From the NCBI RefSeq assembly GCF_009914755.1, contig NC_060936.1: a stretch of 64,000 nucleotides of DNA, one strand, 5' to 3'. This DNA comes from the human T2T-CHM13v2.0 reference genome, Homo sapiens. This document shows, piece by piece, positions 31,730 to 49,847 of this stretch. The number at the start of each line of letters is the position of its first letter. The first letter of the stretch is position 1. Below the pieces are notes generated by a model, which searched no databases, was not told the DNA's origin, and saw only the letters and a program-made list of their open reading frames with translations. The translations under genes and the position numbers were made by a program.

Positions 31730-32471
31730 TGAGATGGGATAGTTCCCTTGACCCCCTTGGTGGGTGGGAAGTGGAGTGACTGGTTTCACTAAGCCCACTG
31801 CTGGCCACTCCTCACGGGAGGGAGTGTGCGAGAGAGCGAGTGTGGGAACTGGAGTGAACGAATTCTGGAACCAGCCAGTTGCTCCTTTCTGGTGGGAGCA
31901 GGCTCTATGTGGGCCCTGCAGCAGCATCCAAGCATATTACAGCCAATGCTCTGTCCGCTCTGCCTTCCAGGGATGGCCAAGTGCCAACCAGCTCAGTGGA
32001 GGGTCAGGGTGGCAGCCCCTATACTCTCAGGGGCTTCCTGGTTCTTGTCTGGCATCCAGGAAGAATCAGGTCACATGAACGGGTTGAAAGGTAATGAATG
32101 CAGACAACTTTATTGAGCAGTGGGTGGCTCTCAGCGGAAAGAGAGGCTGGAAAGGGGGTGGGAAGGTGATCTTTACCTGAAGCCCACCCATCTCTGGCTA
32201 GGCCCCTCTCGGAAGCTGCACGTCCAAAATTAGCTGCATCTACTCTCTAACACTTAGTTGTTTCTTTGCTTGCCACTCAGCCGCTCGTGTTCCCGACGCT
32301 CAGCCGCTTATGTTGCTTTGCCAGCTTAAGTCTTTCATGGGCACAGGATGGGGTGGGGCAGGCCAAAAAAGCAACATTTGGGCAGAAAAATGGGGTCAGC
32401 TGTTTTCACTTAGGGCCATGGTTCCAGGCTTAAGGGTGGGGTTTAGCTGGGAGCCCAGCCCTTCTGTGACA
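31730..32471 (-). mobile_element. ERV1 solo LTR (LTR27/LTR28/LTR1-like group) inserted in an AluJ
   Basis: TG..CA termini (TGTCACAGAAGGGCTGGGCTCCC...ACTATCCCATCTCA); the Alu is interrupted at GCAGTGGTG|TGATC; imperfect TSD gtga/gtgt; family name from memory. Confidence 0.7.
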
Positions 32472-32914
32472 GTGTGATCATAATTCATGGCAGCCTTGAC
32501 TTCCCCTGGGTCAAGCAATCCTCCCACCTTAGCCTCCGAGTAGCTGGGACTACAGGCACATGCCACCACGCCCAGATAATTTTTTAATTCCTTGTAGAGA
32601 GGGGGTCTTGCTTGGTAACCCAGGCTGGTCTCTGACTCCTGGCTTCAAGTGATCTTCCTGGAGTGCTGGGATTACAGGTGTGAGAAACCATGCCTAGCCT
32701 CTAGTGTCTTTTTTTTAAGGTTGACAATTTACATTTCCAATAGTCACTCACGTAATTTTAAATTTTCTAGTAGCCACATTTTAAAAAGTAAAAAGAAACA
32801 GGTAACAATCAATCTTAATGATGTTTTTATTTAACTCTATATAAAAATTATCATTTCAACAATAAATATAACATTATTGAGAAACTTTAGTATTTTTGTA
32901 TTAAGTTTTTGTAA

Positions 32915-33166
<252 letters not shown>

Positions 33167-33926
33167 TAGCCGGGATGGTCTCGATCTCCTGACCTCATGA
33201 TCCGCCTGCCTCGGCCTCCCAAAGTGCTGGGATTACAGGCGTGAGCCACCGCGCCCGGCCTGAACTAGCAGCATTTTAAGTGCTCAGTGGCAACGTGGTA
33301 GGTGGCCACCATGCTGTGCAGTACAGGTAGACTCTCATGTCTAGATCCACTTGCTGGATGATCTTATCTGTGTCAAAGTTCCAATTCCCATCTATTAGTT
33401 GATGACTCAAATTTTTATATCTGCTCCAACTATTCTTTTGATCTCCAGTTCCTTATAGTTATCCACCTTCTTCACAGCTCCACTTTAATGCCCCAAGACA
33501 CCTCAGACTCAGCATGTCTCACATCTAACTCATAATCTTCCCTTTCAAATCTGAAATGTTTTTCTATCTCTGTTATTTACATTACATTACCAGTCAATCC
33601 AGTTTCACCAGCACACACCGAAGGGGCTTCCTTGATATCTTCTTCTCTCTCAAATCCCTTATACAATTCATCACCAAGTCTTGCCCATTTTATCTCCCAC
33701 ATATCTCTTAAATCTATTCATTTTTTTGGTCATACCCATCATCATTCCCTTTCAAGCCACTATAACCTATTGACTGTAATAGCCTCTAAACTGATCTCCC
33801 TGCTTTCATTCTGGCCACCCTCAACTCTACTCTGTACACTGCAGCCATGGTGATCTTTTCAAAAATCTAATCATGTTAATTGCAAATCTCATCAGGTTAA
33901 CTGTCTCCTCACCATTAAAATACTTA

Positions 33927-34578
<652 letters not shown>

Positions 34579-34823
34579 TCAGCTCTCCTACCCTTTCCTT
34601 CCTGCAAGGCTCTTACCTTTCTAGTCTCATCTCATCACACTCACTCCCTTCTCCACCTCTTTGCATTCCAGCCATTCTGGATGTTTTTTAGTTCTTTAAA
34701 TGTGTTATACTCCCTACTGTTTTACAGATGAGAAAATCAAGGCTCAAAAATATATGGGCTGTCCAGAGTCACAAAATTATAGCCAAATGACCATTCTAGT
34801 ATTAGAATCCATGTCTCCTCTTA

Positions 34824-35199
<376 letters not shown>

Positions 35200-35573
35200 T
35201 CAGATCTCAGCCTAATTGCTACTTCCTCAGGAAACTCTACCAGGCCATCCTACCTAGGCAAGTCCCTTTGTAATATGCTCTCATAGCAGCAGTTGTAAAT
35301 TTGCTTTTATTAGCATCATTGCTTGATGTCTATTTTTGTTAACTGGCTCTATGATGACAAGGATCATCTCTGTTTTTGCTCTCTAAATATTGCCAGATCT
35401 AGGTTTATAGTAGGCATTGAACGAATGGATGGATGAGTGAATAAGTGAATATGTCAGCCAAGCAAAGAGCAGCCCAGATAAAAGTAACAGTGAGTTTGAA
35501 ATGCTCCAAGGTCAGAAAGAGCTTTGAGAGCTGGAGCTATAATAGTAAGAGAGTGGAGACATTGGAGAAGTAG

Positions 35574-35959
<386 letters not shown>

Positions 35960-36839
35960 TGAGCCACAGCGCCCGGCCGGTTTACCAACTTTTATATTGC
36001 CAGCAATCAACTAGGGAAAACAATTTAAAATCTAAATAGGGATAGATTTAAAGAGATAAATAAAGATCTGTACAAGAATAAGAGGAACAGTTTTTATTAG
36101 TATTGGATAGGTGCTGCCTGAAGCTTTAAGACAGAGAATGTACATTTATGCAGCTGCAGTCAGAGCCTGTGTGAGGTTTACTGTAAACTCACTGGCAATA
36201 AGGCTCTTAACGACATTTTGATGCCCATGAAGCTTGGTGCCTAGTTTAAAACTAATGAAAACACCTAAACTCTCCAGGTGGACAAAGCCATATTCAGGAG
36301 AAATTGAGAAGGAGTTGGTGCAGGCAGCCAATCACAATCCACTTACGCCACAAACTAAATCTCAAACTGCGGTTTGAACATGAGGCTCAAAACATAAGAA
36401 GTAAAGAAATGGGCAAAATTCAATTAGTTTCTGGTGAAACGTCCTAAATCCAAAAGAAAGGTGACCAGAAATAGAGAAAACGGAGTGTGATCTTTTGCAT
36501 TAATGAGAGAGACCGTGTCCCCGTGTGTTAAAACCTGTCATTCTTGTCCTGAATTGGAAAGTGAGCGGAGTGTGACGGGTTCCCATCTTGAACCGTCCGG
36601 GGTTGAGTAGTACAATAAACTAACACGGAACTCCAGCTTCCAAAATTCTCTCCAGTGCCTACAGAGCCTCGCGGAGAGCTGTGATTGTGAATGTCAACGC
36701 AGATTTGATTAAATCTCTTAGATTTAAGAGATATGTGGAGTCATGACAATAGAAATGTGTACAAGTGAACACATTTCTTAGCCCGTTTCCCCACTGCCTG
36801 TGTGATTTATAAAAACGCAAATATAAAATATTTCCGTTC

Positions 36840-37910
36840 CAGCAGAGACGCCGCTTGCTACGGCGGGTTGCCCGTCTCCACAGGTATCTCCGGCTGACTC
36901 TAGAGCTCAACTTCCCCTTTAAACTTCACCCTGCGCTTGCCGATTTGCTTCGGGAATGCCCGAGGCACCGGACGAAGCAGTCGGGTCTGGCCCCAGTCGA
37001 CTCCAGCCAGGCGGGGCTCCAAGCCGAGACTCCTGCACGCCCGGCCCGAAGCTAGCCCGACACCCTCAGCTGAGTCCTCCGCCGTCCCAGCATTCCCTGC
37101 GTCCCTACCATCGAGAGCAGCTTCCGGCGTGGCTGGTGTAGGCGGGTGGAGAAGGATCGGGGCCCTCGCCGCTCTGTCTCATTCCCTCGCGCTCTCTCGG
37201 GCAACATGGCGGGTGTGGAGGAGGTAGCGGCCTCCGGGAGCCACCTGAATGGCGACCTGGATCCAGACGACAGGGAAGAAGGAGCTGCCTCTACGGCTGA
37301 GGAAGCAGCCAAGAAAAAAAGACGAAAGAAGAAGAAGAGCAAAGGGCCTTCTGCAGGTAAAGAGAGTTTTATGTTTTCCCAGTCCCCTCCGGGAACGGCT
37401 GAACTGTTTGGCTCAGGCCCGTTGAGGGGGCCGGGACCGGGGCCCCAGAGCCCCGACTAGACTGATTCTTGGGCCTGACAGGGTGGCAAAGCCGGGCTAT
37501 AGATTCCTAGTCTGAGAAGAGGCGTCATCTCCTCCTGTGGGACTAGAGGGCTGGTGGGGGAGAAAAGAGTGCCTGAGGTTGGCGTGTGGTACCTCTGGGG
37601 TCGCTGGGCCCGAGCCCCTGTATTACCAGAACTCAGCTCCCACGCACATCGTGGCACGGTCTTGAGATTGTGCGCAGAGCACAGCCCTACCATCTTTCGC
37701 GCGATTTGGCCGCCGCCTCAAAAATCCGATTCTGATCCGTATTGCCGCGTCTTTGCTGGTTTGCTGGAGCAAGCTAGGACTTATTTTCTTTGGGGGTGGG
37801 CAAATGTAATGGAGAGCACACCTCCTCCCACTATCCCGTTTCACGTTGGGGTTGTTGCAGCCTGCACTTTTGGGGTGTGTGTACATGTGTGTTTGCCCGC
37901 GCGCTCATGT
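36840..37910 (+). promoter_or_regulatory. CpG island promoter of METAP2 with ETS-like CTTCCGG (37121), YY1-like AACATGGCGG over the start codon (37203-37212) and E2F-like TTTCGCGC (37695-37702)
   Basis: High GC and CpG density around exon 1; motifs read directly from the sequence, binding is inferred. Confidence 0.85.
37206..37356 (+). CDS. METAP2: METAP2 coding exon 1 (MAGVEEVAASGSHLNGDLDPDDREEGAASTAEEAAKKKRRKKKKSKGPSA)
   Basis: ATG at 37206 inside a CpG island; the translation matches the MetAP2 N-terminus with poly-Lys block I; donor CAG|GTAAAG; 151 nt, phase 1. Confidence 0.98.
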
Positions 37911-39081
37911 CATTAATTGCAGAATTTGTGGTGGTGATAACGAATTTTCACCTGCCTAATCCCATAGCATCGCCAAGCTTTAGGGCCTTTAGACCTGAAT
38001 TATGATACCAATTGCAGGCAGTGCAGATAGGATATTCTGTGGCTCAGAATGGAACTTCTGAGGTCTTAACCTCTAAATCCACTGGTAAGGCAAGGAGAAC
38101 TGCTGAGAGTTTACAGTTGGATATTATGAACTAGGAACTTACATATTTTGAGAAGTCTGTGTTTTTGCTGCACAAGCTCCTTCACCTTAATAAAAATTAT
38201 TTTTACTTGTTTCTAATTAAAATCGCCAGAGAAACAGAAAATGGAGAAGTCAGAAGCGATTAAGATGGAATTGAGAGAGGTCGAAGAGAGCTAATCCTCA
38301 TCTTTCTGAAATTTTGATTAGATAGGAATGGAAGGAGAGTTGTAGCGTTGCTGGAACTCTTCCAGAGCAAAATTTGTTACTCTGGTGGCTGTTCCTGGAT
38401 TTCGAGTGAAATTCAAACACTGCTGTTTGTCTTGTAAGGTGTTAAGCTGACTGATCCTAATGTATTTTTAACAGTTGTATTTCTTAATATGAATTCTCTC
38501 CAGTAGCCAGAATGTCACTTCATTTCGTGCTACCTGATACTATTAATGCATGTAACATATTGCTCTTATAGGTAGGTTATAATCACTTCCAGAGCAGGGG
38601 CCTGGTCTTGTGCTTAGATATTTGAGCGTTTTAGTTTTTTAGTAATGGACTGTCTTTGCCTATTTATTTTGACTTTACCCAGCCCATCGTGATATCCTTA
38701 TTCATGAAACCAGGCTGCCCCGGGGTGTTGCACATGAATCTTTTTCCTAAGGCCTTCAGCATTTATTACCTATCTGGTGTTTAAGTATTTGTTAAGTCTA
38801 ATTGCTGACCACTATTACAAGTTAAACTACTTGAGGATAGAGACCAGTTCACGCTGTTTATCTTTTAGCTGCTAGTGTGTGTAATGGATATTTTGTTGAG
38901 TAAATTAATGAATGGACAATACTGTGTAGGTATGGAAGATTTTTCTGTCATTAAACGAATTCTGTTATGTTCACAATAATGTTTCTGTTTTTGTTTCCTG
39001 AGGAAAGGATTTGTAAGTTTTCCAAGATCATTAGAGCATATTCTAGTGGGAAAGTGTCTGTATTAGATTTGATTTCTGCTA

Positions 39082-39588
<507 letters not shown>

Positions 39589-40096
39589 TTAATCAAAATT
39601 TATTTACTCGTATAGTGTTTTCTCTGACATTTCACTTGTTACCTCAATTAATGTCACAGATTAAAAAGGAAAAGGTATTTATTAGCAAGTCTTGAAAAAG
39701 TTCAATGTGTTAATTAGCTGTTCAGATAGGACAGATCTCAGAGTTTAAAAATATACTTGGTAGAAGGCAAAGTAGTGAGTATTAATAAGATTGAGGGGTT
39801 GTTTATTTAACTAATACTTACTGAAGAACTACTATGTACTAGATACTTTCCTAGGTTATTTTCACATACATTCACATTTTAACCTCACAAAACCAAGCAA
39901 AGTAACCTACTTGTGCTTAGATATTCATTTTGTTTTTTGGTAATGGACTGTCTTTTCCTATTTATTTTGACTTTACCCAGCCCTTCATGGCTTTACCCAG
40001 CCATCTCATTTTACAGATAGGGAAGTGGTAGTTACATGATTTACCCAAAGTGACATAGCTAATATGTGTAGAATAGAGCCAGAATTTCAAACCTAG

Positions 40097-40471
<375 letters not shown>

Positions 40472-41467
40472 TAGGAGTGCACTAAGTTTTATTATAAATT
40501 CCTTGACCCTAGCTCCTTCTGGGTGTTTGGGTACAATAAGATTTTTTTAAAGACAGCAACTGCTAATTGATGTTATCAGTAAAACAGTGAAGAAAGAGAC
40601 AGGTAAGAAAACTTAACTTTTTTCCAGCCTCTTTTGGCGGAGGAAAAATGGGGCTTTCCCATTCTTTTTATTTGTAGCTGCCCACTACTGAGAACATCTG
40701 CTCCCCCTCAAGCACCACCAGCCTGGGGTTAGGTCTTTAACCATTAGTTGGGGCTGTAATTATTGTGTTAGGGTAATGTAGAGTAGTTGTTTTCCTTTAG
40801 AGTGGTATGTTCTCTGCCTTCAAGAAGCTTATAGTGAACATTTGGTGGAAAAAAGTGCCAAGATTCAAGGGAATTACTAGCTTTTCCTCTTCCTTAAACC
40901 TCTGTTCTACATTGGCTTATGCTTTAGATTATGAACTTATTTTGAGCTCTTCACAAGAAAATGTTTTGTAAATTCAAGGCAATATAATAGATTGCTATAG
41001 ACCCACTGTGTATATGGTATCATAATGCTTCCTGGGCCTGTCAGGCTAGTTAAAAAATATTGGCTGGGTGTGGTGGCTTATGCCTGTAATCCAGACAAGC
41101 CTGGGCAACATAGTGAGACCCTATGTCTATACCCGTCCACCTCCCCCCACCCCCCAAAAAAAATCACAGTGCTAATCTTGAAGTGTTATCTTGTTCTGTT
41201 ACATCTCTACAAAGTTGCCCATCAGGTTGGAAATCTTCAATGTATTAAAGAAGATTTTAGGAATATTTGTAGTTATTTCAGTAATCAGAGTCAGTCAATA
41301 CTACTTACCTGTTGTTAGGTCTTTGAGGGAATGGAAAGCTAGTGTTTCAAGATCTTTCTCCTAATGGAAAACTAGACCAGGTGTGTTAGCTCTCGCCTGT
41401 AATCCCAGCATTTTGGGAGGCTGAGGTGGGTGGATCACCTGAGGTCAGGAGTTCAAAACCAGCCTTA

Positions 41468-41656
<189 letters not shown>

Positions 41657-42656
41657 TCAAAAAATAAGAAAAAATAAAGAAAACTAAGGATGTGGTAGAC
41701 AGACAAAACCTAGAAGTGAAAAGGTATTTGGGTACCTGTAATAAAATTTATTGAAATTTGGTGGTATAAGTGTGGGCTGAATGCCGAAGGAAGGCTCATT
41801 GGAAGGAATAGAACTTGAGTAAAACCAAACAAAGGAACTATTTTGGGTTGGGGTAATGCTGAGAAAACATTTGAAGCATTGTGGTAATACAAGCTTGCCA
41901 TATGAGGTGATAGATTGAGGGAGCCTTAGAGGATTTTTAAGAAATGTTATGAGCCAAGCACAGTGGCTGGTGCCTGTAATCCCAGCTACTTGGGAGGCTG
42001 GGATGGGAGGATCTTTGAGTCCAGGGGGCTTCAGTATGCTACGAAAACACCTGTGACTGGCCACTGCACTCCAACCTGGGTAACATAGTAAGACCCTGTC
42101 TCTTAACAAAAAAGGAATGTTATGAAATAATAATTTAGGCTTTACCTGTATACAGGGTTGTTTAGAGGAGAGGAAGTGTGTAGGAAAGGCAAGGAGGAGA
42201 TCATTTTGGAGGCCTCTTAGAAATAGCCCAGGCATATGGTAATGAAGATGTAAACTGATAGTCATAAATAGGCATGGAGAGGAAGGATCCAGTGAACAGT
42301 AGTGTGGAAGCAGAATTCAAAAGACTTGGAGACTTGCATTCTGGGAGCAGGAGTAAGGCATTAGTGGACTCTGGGAGTTTGCACTTGGGTGACAGAATGT
42401 TGGTGCTGTTGACTGAAATAGTGAAGTTGGGAAAGAGCCAGTTAGACATTGGGGGAGAGGTTTGCAGGCAAAGAAGAGGGTACTAAGTTTAATTTTAGAT
42501 GTGCTGAATTGGAAACTGTGGTATTGGTATAAAAAGTTGATCCTGTGGTCATCTGACAGTGTGCTGGAGGTAATTCATTCAATACATTTTGAGTCAGGCT
42601 CATTAACATATAATTTCCCTAAAATAATAGTCACCACTCTTTTTTTTTTTTTTTGA

Positions 42657-42758
<102 letters not shown>

Positions 42759-42939
42759 TGAGTGGCTGGGATTACAGGTGCCCGCCACCACTCCCAGCTA
42801 ATTTTTGTATTTTTAGTAGAGACAGGGTTTCACCATGTTGGCCAGGCTGGTCTCGAACTCCTGGCCTCAAGTGATCCGCCCGCCTCAGCCTCCCAAAGTG
42901 CTGGGATTACAGGCGTGAGCCACCATACCTGGCCCCAAT

Positions 42940-44110
42940 AGTCATCCTTTTTAAGTGTATAGTTTGGTGAGTTTTGACAAAGTATGCAATTGTGTAACTA
43001 CTACCACGACGGAAGATACAGACTATTTCCATTTAACATTTCCATCTCCAGAAAAAAGTTGTGTCTCTTGTAGTTGGTTCTCTTGCACTATACCTAACCC
43101 TTAGCAATCACTGATACGTTTTCTGACCCTAGTTTTGGCCTTTCCTGGAGTATCCTATAAATGGAATTATTCGGTATGTAGTTTTTTGTGTTTGGCTTGT
43201 TTTACTTAGCATAATACTTTTGACAGTCATCGAGTTGTGCATTTATCAATAGCACATTCCTTTTTATTGCAAGTAGTATTCCTAATATGTTTTACCCTTT
43301 TACATTGAACAATATTTGGGGTGTTTACAGTTTTGGTCTGTTGTGAACGAAGTTACTATGAACATTTGCATATGGGTCTATGTGTAGATATGTTTTCATT
43401 TCTCTTGAGTAAATAGGACTGGGTTGCCTGTCATATGGTAAGTATGTGTTTAAACTCCTAAGAAGCTGTCTGGTTTCCAAAGTGGCTATGCTGTTTTGCA
43501 TTCCTCTTAGCAATGGTTGAGAGTTTCAGGTTGTTCGTATCCTTGTAAGGACTTGGTATTTGTTTTAAAATTTTAGTCTTTGATAATGGGTATGTAGTGC
43601 TTTGTCATTGTGGTTTTAATATGCACTTCCCTAATGATATTGAGCATCTTTTCATGTTTTTATTTGCTTTTTCCTTTATCTTTGGTAAAGTGTTTGTTCA
43701 CATTTTTTGTCCATGTTTTATTGGGTTATTTGTCATCCTATTGAATTGTAATAGTTCATTGTATATTCTGGTTGCAAGTTCTTTATCAGATAATATGTTT
43801 TACAGATATTTCTATGGGATGGCTATTCACCTGGTTAATGGTATTGCTTATAGGACAGTTTTAATTTTGATAAAGTCCAATCTATCTGTTTTTTAAATTT
43901 ATGGGTAGTGCTTTTTGTGTCCTGTCTAAAAAGTTAAGTCATTGCTGTCTCTAAGGTCACAAAGATGTTCTGTGTTCTCTTCAAGAAGTTTTATATATTT
44001 TTAGCTGTTATGTTTAGGTCTATGGTTCATTTAGAATTAATGTTTCTAGATAGTGCAAGGCAGAGCTTAAAAGCTTGAGACTCTTTTTTTTAAAATATGA
44101 TTTCCAGTTG
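42940..44110 (-). mobile_element. Old L1M 3' fragment in METAP2 intron 2
   Basis: T-rich antisense L1 motifs (GAGCATCTTTTCATG, TGTGGTTTTAAT). Confidence 0.7.
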
Positions 44111-45304
44111 TCATTCAACAGATATCAACTGATTTGGGCATAGTAGTAACACAAATAAACATAAGCAGCCTCTGCTGGCCAGGCCTGGTGGCTCATGCCT
44201 ATAATCCCAGCACTTTGGGAGGCTGAGATGCGATTCGAGACCAGTCTGGGCAACTTAGACCTTGTCTCTGCAAAAGATTAAAAAACATTAGCCAGGTATA
44301 GTGGTGCGTGCCTGTAGTCTCAGCTATTCAGGAAGCTGAGGTGGGAGGATTTCCTGAGTCTGGGAGATTGAGGCTGCAGTGAGCTGTGATCCTGCCACTG
44401 CACTCCAGCTTGGGCAACAGAGTGAGACCCTGTCACAGAAAAACCAAAAAAACCAACCATCTCTGCCTATGAAGAATATGCTGGGATACTGTGAAGAAAA
44501 GACATGTAAAAGCACAAATTTCAACATGGTATAATGGTTGGAACTATAAACATATATAGATTAATACTCAGATCCTGGCTCTGCTGCCATCCTGGCACAA
44601 AGTTCTATAAATGGTGGCTGTTTTTCTGTACTGAATACAGACATTGGACATTGAATAAGGTAATTAGCCTCAAAAGGATGAAAGTATCAAAGAAGGACCT
44701 TTTTGTTCCATTTTAAAGATGAAGAAACCAGGGTAGAGGGAGGCTAAATAACTTGCCCAAGGTCACCCAGATGGAAAGATTTTTAGTATATGTTTAAAAT
44801 TGGTTATGTATCTTCAAGTATTTGTTTTAGGTTGTGCTACATACACTAGGTATAGTGCTACATACACTAGTCACAACCTAAAACAAATACTTCAAGATTC
44901 ATAACCAGTTTTAGTCTGGAAAAAACTATTGTTTCTCCAGAACAGAAACTATCTTATTTTTCTGTCCCTATTGCCTGGCACTTAAGAGCCCAACAAACAT
45001 TTAATGGGGTGAAGAAGGTTACTGTTAACGTTACAGTGCACGATATGTGAATTAGATTATAATTTTTCGTGTGCCTTTTGTTAGGCTTTTGAATCTAAAA
45101 ATCCATAATGAATAAGTCAGCAATATTTGTGTTTTGGGTTTGTTGTTGTTAGGATACAAGATCTCCCTCCCGTCACCCAGGCTGACGTGCTGTGGCTCGA
45201 TCTCAGCTCACTGCAGCCTTGACTTCCCTGGCTCAGGTGATCCTCCCACATCTCAGCTTTCCAAGTAACTGGGACTATGGGCGCATACCACCACACCTGG
45301 ATAA

Positions 45305-45433
<129 letters not shown>

Positions 45434-45643
45434 TAGCCTAATATTTGTACTTCTACTGTTCTCTTCTGCCTGCTAGGTTTTTGATAATTTCATAAGATTG
45501 AACATAAGAAATGGTGATTTTGAGGCTGGGTACAGTGGCTCACGCCTATAATCCCAGGACTTGGGAGGCCAAGGCTGGCAAATCACTTGATGTCAGGAGT
45601 TCGAGACCAGCCTGGTCAACATGGCGAAACTCCATCTCTACTA

Positions 45644-45898
<255 letters not shown>

Positions 45899-45902
45899 CT
45901 AG

Positions 45903-46070
<168 letters not shown>

Positions 46071-46238
46071 TAGCTGCTTCCTATTTCTTATTTCAGTGAA
46101 AGAATAAATGTAAACAAGATAAAATAAACTAACGTTTGTTCATTTATTGAATAGAGCAAATACTTGTCTCCTTGTACTTGCTTTGTCCCTCTGCTTATGA
46201 GGTTTAAATGAACATGTACTTGAAATGTCTTTTCTTAG

Positions 46239-46304
46239 ATGGAGATGGCGATGGAGATGGAGCAACTGGAAAGAAGAAGAAAAAGAAGAAGAAGAAGAGA
46301 GGAC
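46239..46304 (+). CDS. METAP2: METAP2 exon 3 ([22 protein letters not shown])
   Basis: Acceptor tttcttag|AT and donor GAC|gttagt; 66 nt; poly-Lys block II. Confidence 0.96.
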
Positions 46305-46339
46305 GTTAGTGTCTTAAGTTAATGTTAATTGATATATTA

Positions 46340-46535
<196 letters not shown>

Positions 46536-48870
46536 TCACTGACAGGTTTGAAGAGTAGGTTTGAAGTTGCTTAAGGTCCTGATATATGTTAGGGAAATAA
46601 ACTTAGGCTTAATAGAAGCAGAATTTAGTGAAACTAATAATTATTTATTAGTTTAATAACTTTGGTTTAACAATCCTTTATTTTCTTTAGCTGTTAGCTA
46701 AGGGATGTCGATATGAATTGGTTGCATTTTACTGCAAGTTAGGGATGAGTTTCTAAAAATTTTATGATTTAAAACTTGCATAATTTAAAGAATAATTCTG
46801 TCAAGAATGGCCGAAGTGGTGCCATGGTGGTGGTAGGGTAAGCGTTGTTTGTAATTTACCTTCCAGCTTTTAAATTATGAGATTCTTGATGAGTATTTAA
46901 TGAGGAATCCCGTTATTTAAGATGTGTGCATATGGTGAGACTTTATTATTAATAATAACTTTTATATTGTACGATCAGATTTGTATAAAATATCCTGCTT
47001 GTTTTGAGTTTCTGTAAGTGCCACAACCAAACATCATCAGGTGCCCGAAAATATATTAAGGAGGCTGAAGGGAGATTTCGTAGTGTTGAGGAAGAAAGGT
47101 TGGGTTGAGAATCACAACATGTAAGTTTTAATCTTGGATGCCATTTGGGCTGTTGTAGACCACTGAATGTCTGGTTATGCCTTCCTTTAAAATTTTTCAG
47201 GCTAAAATTTTATGAATCAGAATTTTGGGGGCTTGGTAGTGATTCCCCTGGTCTCCAGGTGGAGGTGGAATAGCCTTCTTTGCATTTAGGCGTCCATCAT
47301 TACTAGATCCTTCCACTCTAAGAAGAGGATGTCAGCTATTCTCGTAGCCTGTGAGGGCCCATGAGTCTGTATTTGATGAGCACAGGATACTTGCATTCCA
47401 GGAATCTTCCAGGGGCTATATTGTCCTATTCTTTCCATTAAAAAAAAATTATTAAAAGTTTGGCTATAAGAAATAGTGTTACCTGAGAATGAATTAAGAG
47501 ATACCTATTTCTTAAATTAAAAAAAAAAAAAAGATAACTATTTCTTCAAATACTCTAAATTGCTCCCTTCTGAAGGCAGACCAGCAGGGAGGAGTGTTGT
47601 TAGAGGACTGTTTTATATTTGCCCTTGACAGAATTCTTCTGACAGATGTTTTAAGTATGATGCCATTAACATTTGTTCTGCTTCCTCTGAGGATGTTGTT
47701 GAATGTACTGTTCATTATATTTCTTTATGAGGTACTCTTTTTTTTTTCTGCTTAGTATCAAGGATAATTGTGTTTTTTTCTGAGTATCAGTCTGTTTCAT
47801 CTCAGAACCATTGTGACCTGTGCAAATAATTTTTTTTTAATGTTGGCTACTAAAGGGCTTAGAGCCAAATGTGTGGTTTTTGTGTTGGCCTCATTTCAGG
47901 TACTATTCTATGTTCTTGTTTTGGTTTTTACTAATTTACTTTGAATGTCTCTTTATTTGTTTATTTTTTATATCCTGGTAGACTTCTTGAATCATTTCTG
48001 GAACAAGCCAAATAATATAATCATGGGCAGTTCACTGCCCTCATTTTCCTCATCTATACAGTGGGAAAATTATAAATGTTAGTTAATGATAACCATAGTA
48101 CAGATTATTACAGATAATTCATAGTTTTATATAATGACTTGGATGTAATACATTATAATTTTCGAAGGTTATCCAGGATTTCATCTGATCGTTCATTTTG
48201 TAGATGAGGAAACTGAGGATTGGTACTATTTAGCCATTTGTTCAAGTCATAGCTAATAAGTGGTAAAGGCTAGACTTCAACTTTGATATTCTGATTACAA
48301 ATTGTGTATTTTTTCTCTAATGATCTTTTTAAGTCCCTTGTCATGTAATTTATGCACAATATAAAAGGCATCTTTATCAGATTTGTAGATGAGATAAAGT
48401 TGGAGTGATAAATACTTTGACAAAAGTTACGATTTCAGAAAACCATGATTGATTATGTATGCTTTTAACTTTTATACCTTATATACTCTTGAAATAATAG
48501 TTTTTCTTATTTTATTAATATATATTAGGTTTATATTTTTATTTTATTGCTATAGGACTTCTTACTACTTTGGTTTGTATTTGTGAAAGCCAACCTCTCT
48601 ATGCTGTTCCATCTCTAGTATAGTGAGTGAAGATGAAGACATTAGAAGTGTGCCTTTTGCCAAGGCATATACTGTTTAAATACATAATGGAGTTCTGAGG
48701 AGTTAAAAATTTCTTTTTCCCAAGCAGCAATAAATCATTGAGGAGGTGGCCAGCATGATGAAGTGTCTTCTGCTTTTAACTGTGGCAGCAAGGAGTTTCC
48801 TTAAAATCAGAACATATAACAACCATTAGGAACTGAGAAAACTCTAATAACTGCTTAATTTTATTTTTAA

Positions 48871-49008
<138 letters not shown>

Positions 49009-49542
49009 TAAGGATCATCAAATCACTTCCAGTTTAATTTCTGACAGTTATAGCTTAGCAATAAAGCAGATTTGACATTTCTCAGAACTTTGCTCCACTA
49101 CTTTAATAAATGCTTATAAATTTGTCATAAAGAAGATACAGTAGAAGCCCTCTTATCCAAAATGATTGGGACCAATAGCAGGTTATTGGTCATTTAAAAA
49201 GTATATTAAACTGAGGATCACAAAATAAAAATTCTTGTAGATAAAGGTTAACTTAAACAAATTTGTTTTTCACCTCTCTTGAAATTTGGGTATGGTTTAG
49301 TACTTTTCCCCCCTCATATGTATTCATAATGCGTTATCTACAATTCCATTTGGGATTTCTGAGTGATATAAGGGTTGATGTCTACTATATCTTTACTTTT
49401 TTTTTCCTGAAACCTTTTGATAGTTCTTACCTACACTTAATTTGACAGAAGTATTTTTTGATCACTTATCCTTAGTGAGATTTATCAGGGTAGTTAGTTT
49501 TCATGGAAACAGTTTTTTTAATGTTACTTTTTTTTTTTTTGA

Positions 49543-49847
<305 letters not shown>

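Noticed and set aside
37146-37205. In-frame upstream GTG that would extend METAP2 by 20 aa
   Set aside because: Weak context (C at -3), the TSS is not determinable, and the downstream ATG has a strong context; nothing else supports it.
41684-42265. Longest ORF in the track (193 aa, - strand) and the many 60-150 aa ORFs containing LECSG/PASAS-type text
   Set aside because: These are translations of Alu, L2 and L1 sequence with no splice or domain support.
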